From assembly GCA_965661285.1 (NCBI GenBank), contig CBFIDD010000003.1, positions 121,467 through 185,466 of the forward strand: 64,000 nt of DNA, written 5' to 3'. The notes under the pieces are model-generated. The model worked only from the letters and a program-made list of their open reading frames with translations. It did no database searches and was not told the DNA's origin. Shown one piece after another: positions 49,541 to 59,223 of the stretch (positions are counted from its first letter, which is position 1; every line of letters begins with the position of its first letter). The translations under genes were made by a program, and so were the position numbers. The stretch comes from Poseidonia sp. (GTDB lineage Archaea; Thermoplasmatota; Poseidoniia; Poseidoniales; Poseidoniaceae).

Positions 49541-50152
49541 TCATATCCCTTCGCTTTGAGAAAAACAAGCGGAAAGATGTGGACCGGTGGACCTCAATTG
49601 GTCGACGTCGTCCTGCGCATCAATGTTCATGTGCAACCACGGGGCATCGAAAGCGACACCGGTAAACGATACGATGTCGCGAAGCCGCCGGTCTTGGCCT
49701 GCATGACGCACGGCATCCACGGCCTCAGCATCCAACACAACCGGATGCCCTTTTCGCTCCAAGGCCATAGGCGCCGTATTCCCATGATGACGAAGCAAGG
49801 TTTGGAGGAGGTCCACATCCCAACACGGACGGTCGACCGGCACCATCACCACGCGCGACAGCGAACTCCCAAAAACCTCCAAGAGGTGATGAAGGCCGAG
49901 TTGCAGCGACCCGGTCCGTCCCGCATCCGGATGGGGATTCACCACGATGGAGGCTTCGGGGAGCCGTTGGCGAACATCGGTTTCAATCGCAGCGTTCACC
50001 ACCACCACCGGCCTGCATCCTGCGCTTCGTAGTCGATGATACGCCCACTCGACCAACGTTTTCCCGTTGACCGATACCAGTGCCTTCGGCCTGCCGAGAC
50101 GGCGGCTGTGGCCGGCTGCAAGGACCACCGCCGGCACGAGCGTCGTATCCAT
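49541..50152 (-). CDS. MocA/MobA-like molybdenum cofactor nucleotidyltransferase
   Basis: VVLAAGHSRRLGRPKAL, GRTGSLQ.G, PVDRP, GHPV and NID motifs; adjacent to xdhC. Confidence 0.85.
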   Translation of the reverse strand: MDTTLVPAVVLAAGHSRRLGRPKALVSVNGKTLVEWAYHRLRSAGCRPVVVVNAAIETDVRQRLPEASIVVNPHPDAGRTGSLQLGLHHLLEVFGSSLSRVVMVPVDRPCWDVDLLQTLLRHHGNTAPMALERKGHPVVLDAEAVDAVRHAGQDRRLRDIVSFTGVAFDAPWLHMNIDAQDDVDQLRSTGPHLSACFSQSEGI

Positions 50153-50228
50153 GAAGCGAAGAATGGACCTCCGTCCTTTGGGTTTACGCCCCTTTGAACT
50201 TGATATATACTTGAGCAATCAACACCGC

Positions 50229-50999
50229 ATGGTCGCATGGACACCGCCCGGACACTGGTTAAGCGCCAGCCGTGACGCCTACAAACGTTCCATGGAATTT
50301 CTACAGGGCATCGTAACGGGTTCACCGCATATGGAACTCAAAGAGAACGTGCAATCACTCCCAAAAATCACCGTCCAAGGCACATCAAGACGTTGGTACA
50401 GCATCAACACGCGAGCGCACTACATTGAGGACTACATCGAAGTTGAAGGCGACTACCGTGAAGTCAAGGAAGTGCATTGGAACATCAGTATCCTCGGCGC
50501 CGCATGGAAAACAGACCTCGACCACGAAACGCCGTTTGCGGTTTCACTGTGCATCAATCCCCGGTCCGAATCAAGAGGCTTGCCCGTGGGCGACCAAGTG
50601 GCTGCGCTTGCGCTTGCCCTGCGCAACGACAAGACCACGGCAATGCGGATACCGCTGCTCGCTCAGTTCATTGTTTCACCACGGAATGCGCTGCGTGGCG
50701 TCTATCAGTTCAGCGAGGAAGGCGTGGTCATGGAAGACGATGTATTCATGGAACCCCCCGATGAATTTGAGATTGAGGACCTCGACGAATACGCTGACAT
50801 CCCACAGGATTGGCCAGGCGTCGGCGTGTTCGAGCCTTTTGAATTCGAACATTTTGCATCCGAAATTGAAGACCGCCAACTCGACTCCTGGATGGAAAAG
50901 CAGGAAGAGCGCGCCTCGCGAAGCAGCAGGTCACCTTGGCATCATGACGAGGATCGAATCTGGGAGATGGAGGACAATCTCCGAAAAGGCCGCCGCTAA
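50229..50999 (+). CDS. Hypothetical protein with acidic C-terminus
   Basis: Open frame divergent from the mocA-like gene; TATA-like TGATATATA about 20-28 nt upstream of the ATG at 50229. Confidence 0.65.
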   Translation: MVAWTPPGHWLSASRDAYKRSMEFLQGIVTGSPHMELKENVQSLPKITVQGTSRRWYSINTRAHYIEDYIEVEGDYREVKEVHWNISILGAAWKTDLDHETPFAVSLCINPRSESRGLPVGDQVAALALALRNDKTTAMRIPLLAQFIVSPRNALRGVYQFSEEGVVMEDDVFMEPPDEFEIEDLDEYADIPQDWPGVGVFEPFEFEHFASEIEDRQLDSWMEKQEERASRSSRSPWHHDEDRIWEMEDNLRKGRR

Positions 51000-52148
51000 T
51001 CAAAGCCCTTTGGTGATTTCTCGACCGATGATCATCCGCTGAACTTGGGAAGAGCCTTCGTAAATCTGCATGACCTTGGCCCCTCGCATCAAACGAGCAA
51101 CGGGGTATTCCTCAGAGTAGCCGTAGCCGCCGTAAATTTGCACCGCATCGGTGGCGACCTGCATGGCCATATCGGCAGAGAATCGCTTGGCGTGGGCTGC
51201 AGATTCGGTGTTGCGCACCCCTGCGTCGTATTCTGCCGCAGATTTCCAGGTCAGCATTCGTGAAGCCTCGATGTTGGTTTTCATGTCGGCGAGCATGAAT
51301 TGGATGGCTTGATGTTGATGAAGCGGCTTTCCGAACGTCTGGCGCTCATTGGCGTATTGGAGCGCATGTTCGTAGGCTGCACGAGCAAGACCCGTGGCAT
51401 GGGCTGCGATGTTGGGTCTGCTCATGTCGAAGGCCTTCATGGCGTTCATCCAACCGCCCGATTCAGAACCACCGATCAAGTGGTCCGCAGGCACCCGAAC
51501 ATCGTCGAAGGAAATTGAGCGCGTGTCCGAGCAGCGTTGCCCCATGTTGGTTTCTTTCTTACCGAGGGAGAAGCCGGGCGTGTCCTTTTCGACCACAAAG
51601 CCCGACATGCCGCGATAACCTGCATCGGGGTCGGTCTTGGCCAAGACAAAGAAGAAATCTGCGTGGCCGGCACCGGTGATCCACATCTTCGAGCCGTTGA
51701 TGACATAGTCATCGCCGTCTTTGATGGCGGTGGTTTTGCAGGCGGCAACGTCCGAGCCTGCGCCCGGTTCGGTGACGGCATAGGAAGCGAGCGCTCCCTC
51801 TTCTGCAATTTTTCCCAACCAGTGTTCTTTCTGCTCCTCCGTAGCACCGGTGATGATGGGCGCACTGGCGAGGGCCGTAGCGTAGGCGGCCGTGGCAAAT
51901 CCAGGGTCGCCCCAAGCCAGTTCTTCGTTAACGAGCACTTCCTCAAAAGAACCGAGTCCAGCGCCACCATAGGCTTCAGGAATGTGGAGGTTCAGCAACC
52001 CCATCTCATGAGCGGCTTGGATGGTTTCTTTCGGGTAGTGGGCGGATTCGTCCCAGTGTTCGGCCTTGGGTCGTATTTCGTCTTGGGCAAACTCATGAGC
52101 GAGTTCCTTCAACATGGCTTGCATCTCATCGAGTTGGAAGTCCACCAT
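51000..52148 (-). CDS. Acyl-CoA dehydrogenase
   Basis: YAVTEPGAGSD, GSKMWITGA, MGQRCSDT, R.TFGKP and QIYGGYGY...RLMRGAKVMQIYEGSSQVQR. Confidence 0.96.
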   Translation of the reverse strand: MVDFQLDEMQAMLKELAHEFAQDEIRPKAEHWDESAHYPKETIQAAHEMGLLNLHIPEAYGGAGLGSFEEVLVNEELAWGDPGFATAAYATALASAPIITGATEEQKEHWLGKIAEEGALASYAVTEPGAGSDVAACKTTAIKDGDDYVINGSKMWITGAGHADFFFVLAKTDPDAGYRGMSGFVVEKDTPGFSLGKKETNMGQRCSDTRSISFDDVRVPADHLIGGSESGGWMNAMKAFDMSRPNIAAHATGLARAAYEHALQYANERQTFGKPLHQHQAIQFMLADMKTNIEASRMLTWKSAAEYDAGVRNTESAAHAKRFSADMAMQVATDAVQIYGGYGYSEEYPVARLMRGAKVMQIYEGSSQVQRMIIGREITKGL

Positions 52149-52234
52149 GCTACGGCGAAGCATCGCTCCCTTAAGAGCGATGAGTTTGGCACCTCACCTC
52201 TTGATTCACCATCAATTGAAAAGGGCCGGGTCGA

Positions 52235-53365
52235 TTAGAGCACGAGGTAGCCTTGGTGTTCAGCAGCGAGGAACGCCAAGAAAATCAAGTAAATCAGGAT
52301 GAGCACGACGCCCTCCCATCGCTTGAATTCGTATTCTGAACGCATCATCAAAAGCGCCACGCCCGTGCCGACAAAGGTGGCCGGAATGATGAGGTAGGCC
52401 GTCAGGGCAAAGCTCGCTGAGGTGAGTGCAAGCGGGTGGACAACAGCGGCAAAGCCGATGGAGAGGAGCGGGTCGGTGATGTTTGAACCGATGAGCGTGC
52501 CGATGGCGACGCCCTGGCTACGCTTGGCTGCGAGGAAGGCGATGGTCAATTCAGGAAGCGACGTGCCAAGGCCGGAAACCGTCGTGCCGATGACAGCGTG
52601 TGGAACGTTGAACGCGTAGGCCATGTCGCTGGCGACGTTGACCAGATGGTGGGCAGCAAACAAGGCGAGCAACAAGCCGCTGGTGACCATGAACGCATAG
52701 GAAGCGGTGGTGCGTGTGACTTTTCGCTCAACGTGTTCACCTCCACTGAGTTCTTCTTCGAGAATCTCGTCCCTGTGGGATAAGAGCCAGTAGATGTAGG
52801 CGATGTACAACGACATCAAAAAGGCCCCCTCGAGACGACTGAGGCCATCGCCCGTGAACAAGAAGAGCGTCAGGAGACCGATGGATGCGAACATGATGAA
52901 ACCGTCTCGCTTGAGCCATGACGGTCGGACTTTGACGCCACGAAACGCCACCACAACCCCCAGAATTAGGGTGATTTGAACAAGAATGGAACCGAAGATA
53001 CCACCGATGGCCAAGTCACCGATTTCGGGGTTGTTGGGGATGTCCGCAGCGGCCGTGGAGGTGACCAAGATCTCGGGGAGCGACGTCCCGATGGAAACGA
53101 TGGTCAGTCCGATGACAACTTCAGGTAAGCCAGCCCGATAGGCCAATCCTTTGGCCCCTTCGATGAACACATCAGCCGATTTGATGAGCAACGCAAGCGC
53201 CATAGCGAGCAGCGCAAACGACAACCAATTATTGTTGATGCTTGAGTCCTCAACGACGGTGTGAAGGGCCAAAATACCCAAAAAAAGCGCACCGTTGAGA
53301 ACCAGCGTGTTACTAAAGACAAATTGGGGAATGCCGCTTTCGTTCGAAGCCGCTTCTTCACCCAT
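52235..53365 (-). CDS. Cation/Ca2+ exchanger (YrbG-like Na+/Ca2+ antiporter)
   Basis: Two alpha-repeats GTSLPE; IGTLIGSNI; multiple TMs. Start uncertain. Confidence 0.9.
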   Translation of the reverse strand: MGEEAASNESGIPQFVFSNTLVLNGALFLGILALHTVVEDSSINNNWLSFALLAMALALLIKSADVFIEGAKGLAYRAGLPEVVIGLTIVSIGTSLPEILVTSTAAADIPNNPEIGDLAIGGIFGSILVQITLILGVVVAFRGVKVRPSWLKRDGFIMFASIGLLTLFLFTGDGLSRLEGAFLMSLYIAYIYWLLSHRDEILEEELSGGEHVERKVTRTTASYAFMVTSGLLLALFAAHHLVNVASDMAYAFNVPHAVIGTTVSGLGTSLPELTIAFLAAKRSQGVAIGTLIGSNITDPLLSIGFAAVVHPLALTSASFALTAYLIIPATFVGTGVALLMMRSEYEFKRWEGVVLILIYLIFLAFLAAEHQGYLVL

Positions 53366-53465
53366 GTCGTGCGGTGAGGCATCCACTTCTTGACGGTTAC
53401 CTCCCAGCGAGAGTGAAGAAGGCGTCTTAGCGATACTTTTCAACTACCGATTGGTGGTTGCAGCG

Positions 53466-54074
53466 ATGCGGAAGGCGTTCGCCGGAGAGTTTCTCGGTAC
53501 CGCCTTCATGGTCGCCGTTGGATGCGGCAGTGTTGCCCTTGGCGCCAGTCATGTGATGGTCTCGCTCGCCTTCGGCGCCGCCGTGACGGTGGCCATCATC
53601 GCCTTCGGCGCCATGAGCGGCGCTCATATCAACCCGGCCGTGAGCATCGCTTTTTGGAGGGACGGACAGTTGGAGGGGAGGCTGCTTCCCACCTACATCC
53701 TGGCGCAATGCCTTGGCGGAATAACGGGAGCGCTCCTGGTCAGCGGTGCAGCCCCGACCACGGTCGCCCCTTCCTTGACGCTGGTTGAGGGATTCGGAAT
53801 TGAAATCGCCATCACGGCCGCCCTCATGGCCAGCATCCTTCTCATCGTTCAGCGCTCTTCTTCAAGGCCCGTCATCGCCGTTTGGGTCGGCGCAACGGTG
53901 GCCCTCCTGGCGTTCCTGGCCGGACCCTCCACCGGTGCAAGCATGAATCCTGCCCGCACCCTGGGGCCCAATGTACTCAACAGCATGTGGGCGTCGTTGC
54001 CCATTTACCTGGTTTCAACCACGCTCGGTGCCTGGTTTGCTTGCGACATCAAGCATCGGTTCTTTCCCGATTGA
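53466..54074 (+). CDS. MIP family channel (aquaporin)
   Basis: EFLGT, SGAHINPAVS and TGASMNPAR (two NPA motifs). Confidence 0.93.
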   Translation: MRKAFAGEFLGTAFMVAVGCGSVALGASHVMVSLAFGAAVTVAIIAFGAMSGAHINPAVSIAFWRDGQLEGRLLPTYILAQCLGGITGALLVSGAAPTTVAPSLTLVEGFGIEIAITAALMASILLIVQRSSSRPVIAVWVGATVALLAFLAGPSTGASMNPARTLGPNVLNSMWASLPIYLVSTTLGAWFACDIKHRFFPD

Positions 54075-56678
54075 TCACGCATCAACGGAAGTTCGCAGCA
54101 TCGCTGCAACGTGCTCCAACGATGGAATGGTGTGGTTTTCGAGCGGTGGAGCAAACGGGACCGGGGTGTCGAGCGCACCAATCACCGTAGGAGCAGATTC
54201 CAGTTCGTAGAAGCAATCTTCCATGATCCGTGATTGAACCGTGTGGCCCAGTCCGCCGGCCCACTGGCCCTCTTGGAGAACGACCAAGCGTCCGGTTCGC
54301 TGGACAGAAGCAATGCAGGTCTCCGCATCAAACGGAAGCAGGGTGCGCAAGTCGACCACTTCAACCTCGATGTTCTCGTGTGCGAGAAGGTCAGCTGCTT
54401 GGAGAGCGATATGAACCATGGCGCCCCACGTCACCAGTGTAATGTCCCGGCCGCCGCGAATGATCTCAGCCTTGCCGAGTTTGTATCGCTCACCCTTTTC
54501 GATATGCGTTGTGACGGTCTCGGTGTCAACGCGTTGGTTGATGTTCATGCCCCACCCCGTAAGGCCTCCACGAAGCCCGTACAAGCCGATGTGCTCGAGC
54601 ATGAGAACGGGGTCGGGCAGTTGGGCGCCCTCCATCAGCAAATCGTAGGCGTCCTGCGGTGTGCCTGGAGCCATCACCACCAGGCCCGGGTCGTTGGCAA
54701 ACCAGGATTCAATCATGTTCGCATGAAACGGTCCGGAGCGTGTGCGAGCGCCCAATGGAATGCGAACCGTCATCGGGCAGTCGGCACCCCATCGCCAACG
54801 CAACATGGCGGCATTGTTGACCAGTGCGTTGAATCCGAGGGCGGCAAAACCGCCGAATTGAATTTCAACCATGGGCTTCATTCCAGAGAGGGCTGCGCCA
54901 ACACCGGTGTGAACGATCACGGCTTCGCACAAGGGCATGTCGATGAGTTTGTCGGTATGCCCTGCATTTTTCAGCGCCATGTTCATGCCGAATGCCCCGG
55001 CGACTTCCATGTCTTCTCCGATGAACACACAGTCCTCTCCATGCATGGTCGCAATGTCGGCCATGGCTTGTTGGATGGCTCGAGCGTAGGTCCATCCGCC
55101 TTTCTCGGCATACGACCATGCATGCTCGCCCACCGCCAAAGGAGCGGAGGTGTTGCGAGGTGGTTGCTGGCCTGAAAAGCGCTGCAGATGGTCCTCGTGG
55201 GTGTCGGCATCGTGCAATGTTGTGATCCCCTTGGTCACGGTTTCGGGTTCTGGCCACGCCATGGCAAGAAGTTCGGCCCTGGCGGCCTCAACCGCTTCCA
55301 TCTCTTCTGCCTCCATCGCTTCGAGCAGGGATTCGTCAACACCCATGTCGACCAGCAGTGTCCGATGTGTTGGAATGGGGTCTTTTTGTTCCCAATATTC
55401 CAAAAGTTCCCGGTCAACATAGCCTGAGGGGGTTCCGCTTGGATTGCCAAGGTAGAGGTCGTCGTGGTGGTGCGCATGACCACACCCGCGCATGGTTTCG
55501 ACATGGATAAGGGTCGGACCGCCACCGGCCATGGCAAATTCTCGTGCCACGGCCGTTGAAGCATGCCAGGCCGCGGGGTCGGAGCCGTCGATGGTCCAGG
55601 CCGGGAAGCCCATGGCGCCGGCCTTGTCGGCCCATACCTCAACACCGGACTGTTTTGCTGGCGGCGTATCGAGAGCGATTTGGTTGTTCTGAAGGATGTA
55701 GGTGATAGGCAAGCCCCGGGCGCCGGCGAGGTTCATGGCTTCCCAAAATTCTCCAGATGAGGAAGCACCTTCTCCGATACAAGCCACGTGGAACCGGTCG
55801 AGTGATTGGCGCCAAGCTGCAAAGGCGAGACCGGTCATGGTTGCGCTGGCGATGGGCAGCGGGGCAGTGGGTGGAAGCACGCCCACGTGCCATGCACCCA
55901 CGTGAAGGTCGCGACCCCCAGCATCGTCCCAACCGCCGTTTTGGTTGGAACCGGCTTTTCCAAGATTCGCAGCCATGACGTCAAGCGGCGTATCGCCCAT
56001 CGCAAGACCAAGGCCAACATCTCGAATCATCGGAGCGACCAGGTCGCCATCATAACCCTCTCCGGGATGTGCGTCCCGAGGCGCGTCGGGTTGGCGCTTG
56101 AGTGCCGTAGCGACCGCCACCACGCCCTCCTGCCATGTGGAACGGAAGCCTTTGCCCCCAAATCGCCCACCGTCTGGCGTCTCGACACCATCGGTGAAGA
56201 TCTCTTTCAGCGCACCGTCCAAGCATCGTGTTCGGGTCATCAGGCGTTGCCATTCAAGCCGTTGTTCAACGGTGACCGCCATATAATGTGCCAAGCGACG
56301 CAGCATCAGTCGCATGTCAACAAGAAAGTGCGTTCGTCGCCGTTCAAGCATGAGCTCCATGCTACGGCGAGGGATGACCTCCCGTTCGAGGTCATCGCCG
56401 AGGGTGGATTTCATCTGTTTTTTCAAGCCGCGCTCAAGACCGTCAACGAACCGTGTTGCGAACGTGTTCCACGAAGCCCCTTCAAAGGTTTCAGGCTCGC
56501 CGTCCACCAAGTGGTCCCAAACATTAGCGACGAGGAAGAGATGGGCGTCGTGTCGCTGAGCCACAAAGGTGAGGACCTCCGTGCGAGCGGCATCTTTGGG
56601 AAGCGGTTGGACAAACATCAGGGGCTGGTCCGCTCGCCAATCTTGGCCAAAGATTTCCGGAAGGTCTCCCTGCGACAT
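54075..56678 (-). CDS. Fused E1 alpha/beta subunit of a ThDP-dependent 2-oxoacid dehydrogenase
   Basis: ThDP motif GEGASSSGEFWEAMN...QNN; beta part IGED...GAFG, DMPLCE, VEIQF, GPFH, EVVDLRTL.P and PVPFAPPLE. Confidence 0.88.
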   Translation of the reverse strand: MSQGDLPEIFGQDWRADQPLMFVQPLPKDAARTEVLTFVAQRHDAHLFLVANVWDHLVDGEPETFEGASWNTFATRFVDGLERGLKKQMKSTLGDDLEREVIPRRSMELMLERRRTHFLVDMRLMLRRLAHYMAVTVEQRLEWQRLMTRTRCLDGALKEIFTDGVETPDGGRFGGKGFRSTWQEGVVAVATALKRQPDAPRDAHPGEGYDGDLVAPMIRDVGLGLAMGDTPLDVMAANLGKAGSNQNGGWDDAGGRDLHVGAWHVGVLPPTAPLPIASATMTGLAFAAWRQSLDRFHVACIGEGASSSGEFWEAMNLAGARGLPITYILQNNQIALDTPPAKQSGVEVWADKAGAMGFPAWTIDGSDPAAWHASTAVAREFAMAGGGPTLIHVETMRGCGHAHHHDDLYLGNPSGTPSGYVDRELLEYWEQKDPIPTHRTLLVDMGVDESLLEAMEAEEMEAVEAARAELLAMAWPEPETVTKGITTLHDADTHEDHLQRFSGQQPPRNTSAPLAVGEHAWSYAEKGGWTYARAIQQAMADIATMHGEDCVFIGEDMEVAGAFGMNMALKNAGHTDKLIDMPLCEAVIVHTGVGAALSGMKPMVEIQFGGFAALGFNALVNNAAMLRWRWGADCPMTVRIPLGARTRSGPFHANMIESWFANDPGLVVMAPGTPQDAYDLLMEGAQLPDPVLMLEHIGLYGLRGGLTGWGMNINQRVDTETVTTHIEKGERYKLGKAEIIRGGRDITLVTWGAMVHIALQAADLLAHENIEVEVVDLRTLLPFDAETCIASVQRTGRLVVLQEGQWAGGLGHTVQSRIMEDCFYELESAPTVIGALDTPVPFAPPLENHTIPSLEHVAAMLRTSVDA

Positions 56679-56713
56679 GGCCTGTCCCCGACCCTCCCAA
56701 GGGATGGGTGGTT

Positions 56714-58018
56714 TCAATCCTCTTCTTGTCCGATTTGCAGGTGTGCTTCAGCAACCGAATGGATTGATTTTCGTTTCGTGATTTCTTCCTCGTAGCATTC
56801 GTGAAGCAATTCCCGGTTGGTCAAGGTCAACACCAGCGCACCAATTGCAGGAAGAGCAAGCCCCCCAAGCGCAAGTGCCCAGGACCCAAACACATCGAAC
56901 ACGGGGCCCACCAACAACGGCCCAACAATGGTGCCAGCAGCCCATGCAGCACCGAAGACGCCGAAGGCAAGCCCGGGGTTACCCTCTCCAAGGGCACGGT
57001 TTGTGGCGGTGTCGATCATCGGGAGCATCGGTATTTGTGCGGCGGCGATGAAAAATTGGAACGAGCCCAGGAGCAGAATCATGCCCAAGATGGCCATCTG
57101 ACCGGACAAGATGTAGCCGACCAAGCCGACGCCCAGAAGCGAGACGACGACGAAGGACCAACCGATGAGCATGTACCTCGTCGGGCCGTTTCGGTCAACC
57201 CATCGGCCCCAAACCACCGAGCCGAGCCCCTGCATCAAGACCATGACCAAAAGAACGCCTCCAATGGCCGCCGAAGAGAGACCGAGGGCGTCATCAAGGA
57301 AGAGAGGAACACCCGCTTCAAGCGCCCCGGTGGCCAGGGTGGTGATGGCCAACAGCACACCGACTCGAAACAAAATCCGGTCGGTGAAGAACACGCGAAT
57401 CGACACCGCAGAAGACGTGTGTTCACGCGGTCCACCCACCACTTCCCTGGACGTCCACATCAACGGGCAGACCAACCCCGTCAGCAACGCCAACACGGTG
57501 AAGGCTGAAGCCTCGCCCCAGGTGAATAAAACGCCGCCAAGCACCGGTCCGAACAGCCCACCGATGGCTGCCATGCCGAGGAGTTTGCCCGCTTGCTCAC
57601 CAAATTTCGTCGGCCACAGTTGTGAGGCTGCAGCTAAGCCTGCGGTCATGATGGTGGCGCCGGATGCACCGTGCACCATCCGAGCAAAAGCGAGCAACAG
57701 AAACGGTCGGCCCACCCATTCGTTGGTCGCCACCACGTACAGGCCGCTTGACAAGGTCAGGAGCACCAAACTGACGAACACCGTACGGCCTGCGCCAAAG
57801 CGGTCGGTGATGCGACCGGTCAGTGGGCCAAAGAGGAGCAACGGGACCGCCCAAAGCGACACTAAAAGGGTGGCCTGGGTGGCGTTGAGGTCAAACTGTG
57901 TTTGCCAGGATGGTAAAATGGGGACGATGAACGCATAACCGAGAAAGTTGACGAAAAAGGCCAGCAGAAGCGCCAGAAAGGCTCGCTGGAGTCGTCGCTC
58001 CACCTCATGGGCATTCAC
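56714..58018 (-). CDS. MFS transporter
   Basis: Motif A GRITDRFG, repeated as GRWVDRNG; about 12 TMs; GTG start overlapping the upstream stop. Confidence 0.92.
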   Translation of the reverse strand: MNAHEVERRLQRAFLALLLAFFVNFLGYAFIVPILPSWQTQFDLNATQATLLVSLWAVPLLLFGPLTGRITDRFGAGRTVFVSLVLLTLSSGLYVVATNEWVGRPFLLLAFARMVHGASGATIMTAGLAAASQLWPTKFGEQAGKLLGMAAIGGLFGPVLGGVLFTWGEASAFTVLALLTGLVCPLMWTSREVVGGPREHTSSAVSIRVFFTDRILFRVGVLLAITTLATGALEAGVPLFLDDALGLSSAAIGGVLLVMVLMQGLGSVVWGRWVDRNGPTRYMLIGWSFVVVSLLGVGLVGYILSGQMAILGMILLLGSFQFFIAAAQIPMLPMIDTATNRALGEGNPGLAFGVFGAAWAAGTIVGPLLVGPVFDVFGSWALALGGLALPAIGALVLTLTNRELLHECYEEEITKRKSIHSVAEAHLQIGQEED

Positions 58019-59109
58019 TCTTCTTCCTCCGTTGCGGGAAGGGCATCAAGCATGTCCGCCGCAAGGGTGCTTGCATCCTCAACTTGGGTGAGCAAGGTCA
58101 AATCAGAAAGCGCTCCGGGGCGCTTCAACGCCTCCATCAAGTCCAAGAGAACCTCTGCGGTCAAGCGTGTGAGCGCCAGGGCCTCGGGGTCGATGCCCAC
58201 CTGCTGGGTTTCTTCGAGCAGGGAGACGTAATCGGGTTCCTCGGAGAGAATACCCTCCATCTCCGCTTCCACTTGACGGGCAATGTCCTGTGCCTGACGT
58301 TCGAGAATGTCCTCCATCGAGGAGCGCGGGCCGGATGCAAGGGTTGGTGTTGCCCCCTCACCGAGCGTGGTACCTTTTTTGAGGTCCTTGAAGGAAGGAA
58401 CGTTGGTCGATGCCTGCTGTTGCGGGGCTTTATCGCCTTGTACGACCGGTTCAGGACCGGGGGGTGGCCCAGAGCCAACCAGCCGGTTGAGAGCCAAACG
58501 CACCATCGTCGTCATGACTTCAGCGGAGAGACCGCCCTCGTCCTCGTCGGGGTGGTCCTCGCCCATCTCTTCGCGTATGGAAGCGATGAACGTGTCATCG
58601 ATGTTTCCACCCTCAACCAAGCGCTGGAGCATCGGAAGGGCCCACTGACTGTCGTTCATCGCCATGCCGACTTCAAAACGCTGACCGCCCAATCCCCCGC
58701 CGCCCGAGCCAGCGGAAACATCGGCTGGCGGCGGCACGAATTGCTTGGCAGCGTGTCGCCCGATTTGGCCGATGAGTTGGTTCATGTCAACCGGCTTTCC
58801 AATCACCTCTGCCACGCCAGCCAAAGCAGCTGACGAAAGAAATTCCGGGGCGGTGGTGCGAGAGAGGATGACGGTTCGGGTTGCAGAACGAAAGCGCGGT
58901 TGGCCGGCCAGGGATTGGCATACGTCCATCACGCTTCCTTGCCCCCATTCGCCCTCCAACAAGAGAACATCGGGAAGGACAGCACCCGCCGTCGCTTCGG
59001 TTTGGGCAAGCGTGCTCAGCCGGGTCACTTCGTACCCCTCACGCTCGAAGGTGTTGGCCAGAAGGTTGCGTCGACCTTCGTTTTCGTCGGCGATGATGAT
59101 GCTTGGCGT
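58015..59109 (-). CDS. Atypical receiver (REC)-domain protein with low-complexity and helical C-terminus; probable ACG start
   Basis: The frame continues upstream of the GTG at 59028 as (ACG)PSIIIADENEGRRNLLANTFEREGYEV, the REC beta1-alpha1; then PDVLLLE, VILS and IGKPVD. Confidence 0.7.
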   Translation of the reverse strand, partial: TPSIIIADENEGRRNLLANTFEREGYEVTRLSTLAQTEATAGAVLPDVLLLEGEWGQGSVMDVCQSLAGQPRFRSATRTVILSRTTAPEFLSSAALAGVAEVIGKPVDMNQLIGQIGRHAAKQFVPPPADVSAGSGGGGLGGQRFEVGMAMNDSQWALPMLQRLVEGGNIDDTFIASIREEMGEDHPDEDEGGLSAEVMTTMVRLALNRLVGSGPPPGPEPVVQGDKAPQQQASTNVPSFKDLKKGTTLGEGATPTLASGPRSSMEDILERQAQDIARQVEAEMEGILSEEPDYVSLLEETQQVGIDPEALALTRLTAEVLLDLMEALKRPGALSDLTLLTQVEDASTLAADMLDALPATEEEE

Positions 59110-59223
59110 CCTCGTCCCCTCCGTGGTGAAAGGAGGGACTCAGCGCCTTTGAATCTCACCCCGAGCGGGTCCACCATTGGCGGTGTTTTGGTCGACCAAG
59201 CGAGGGTGCGCGTGCGTGGGCGT

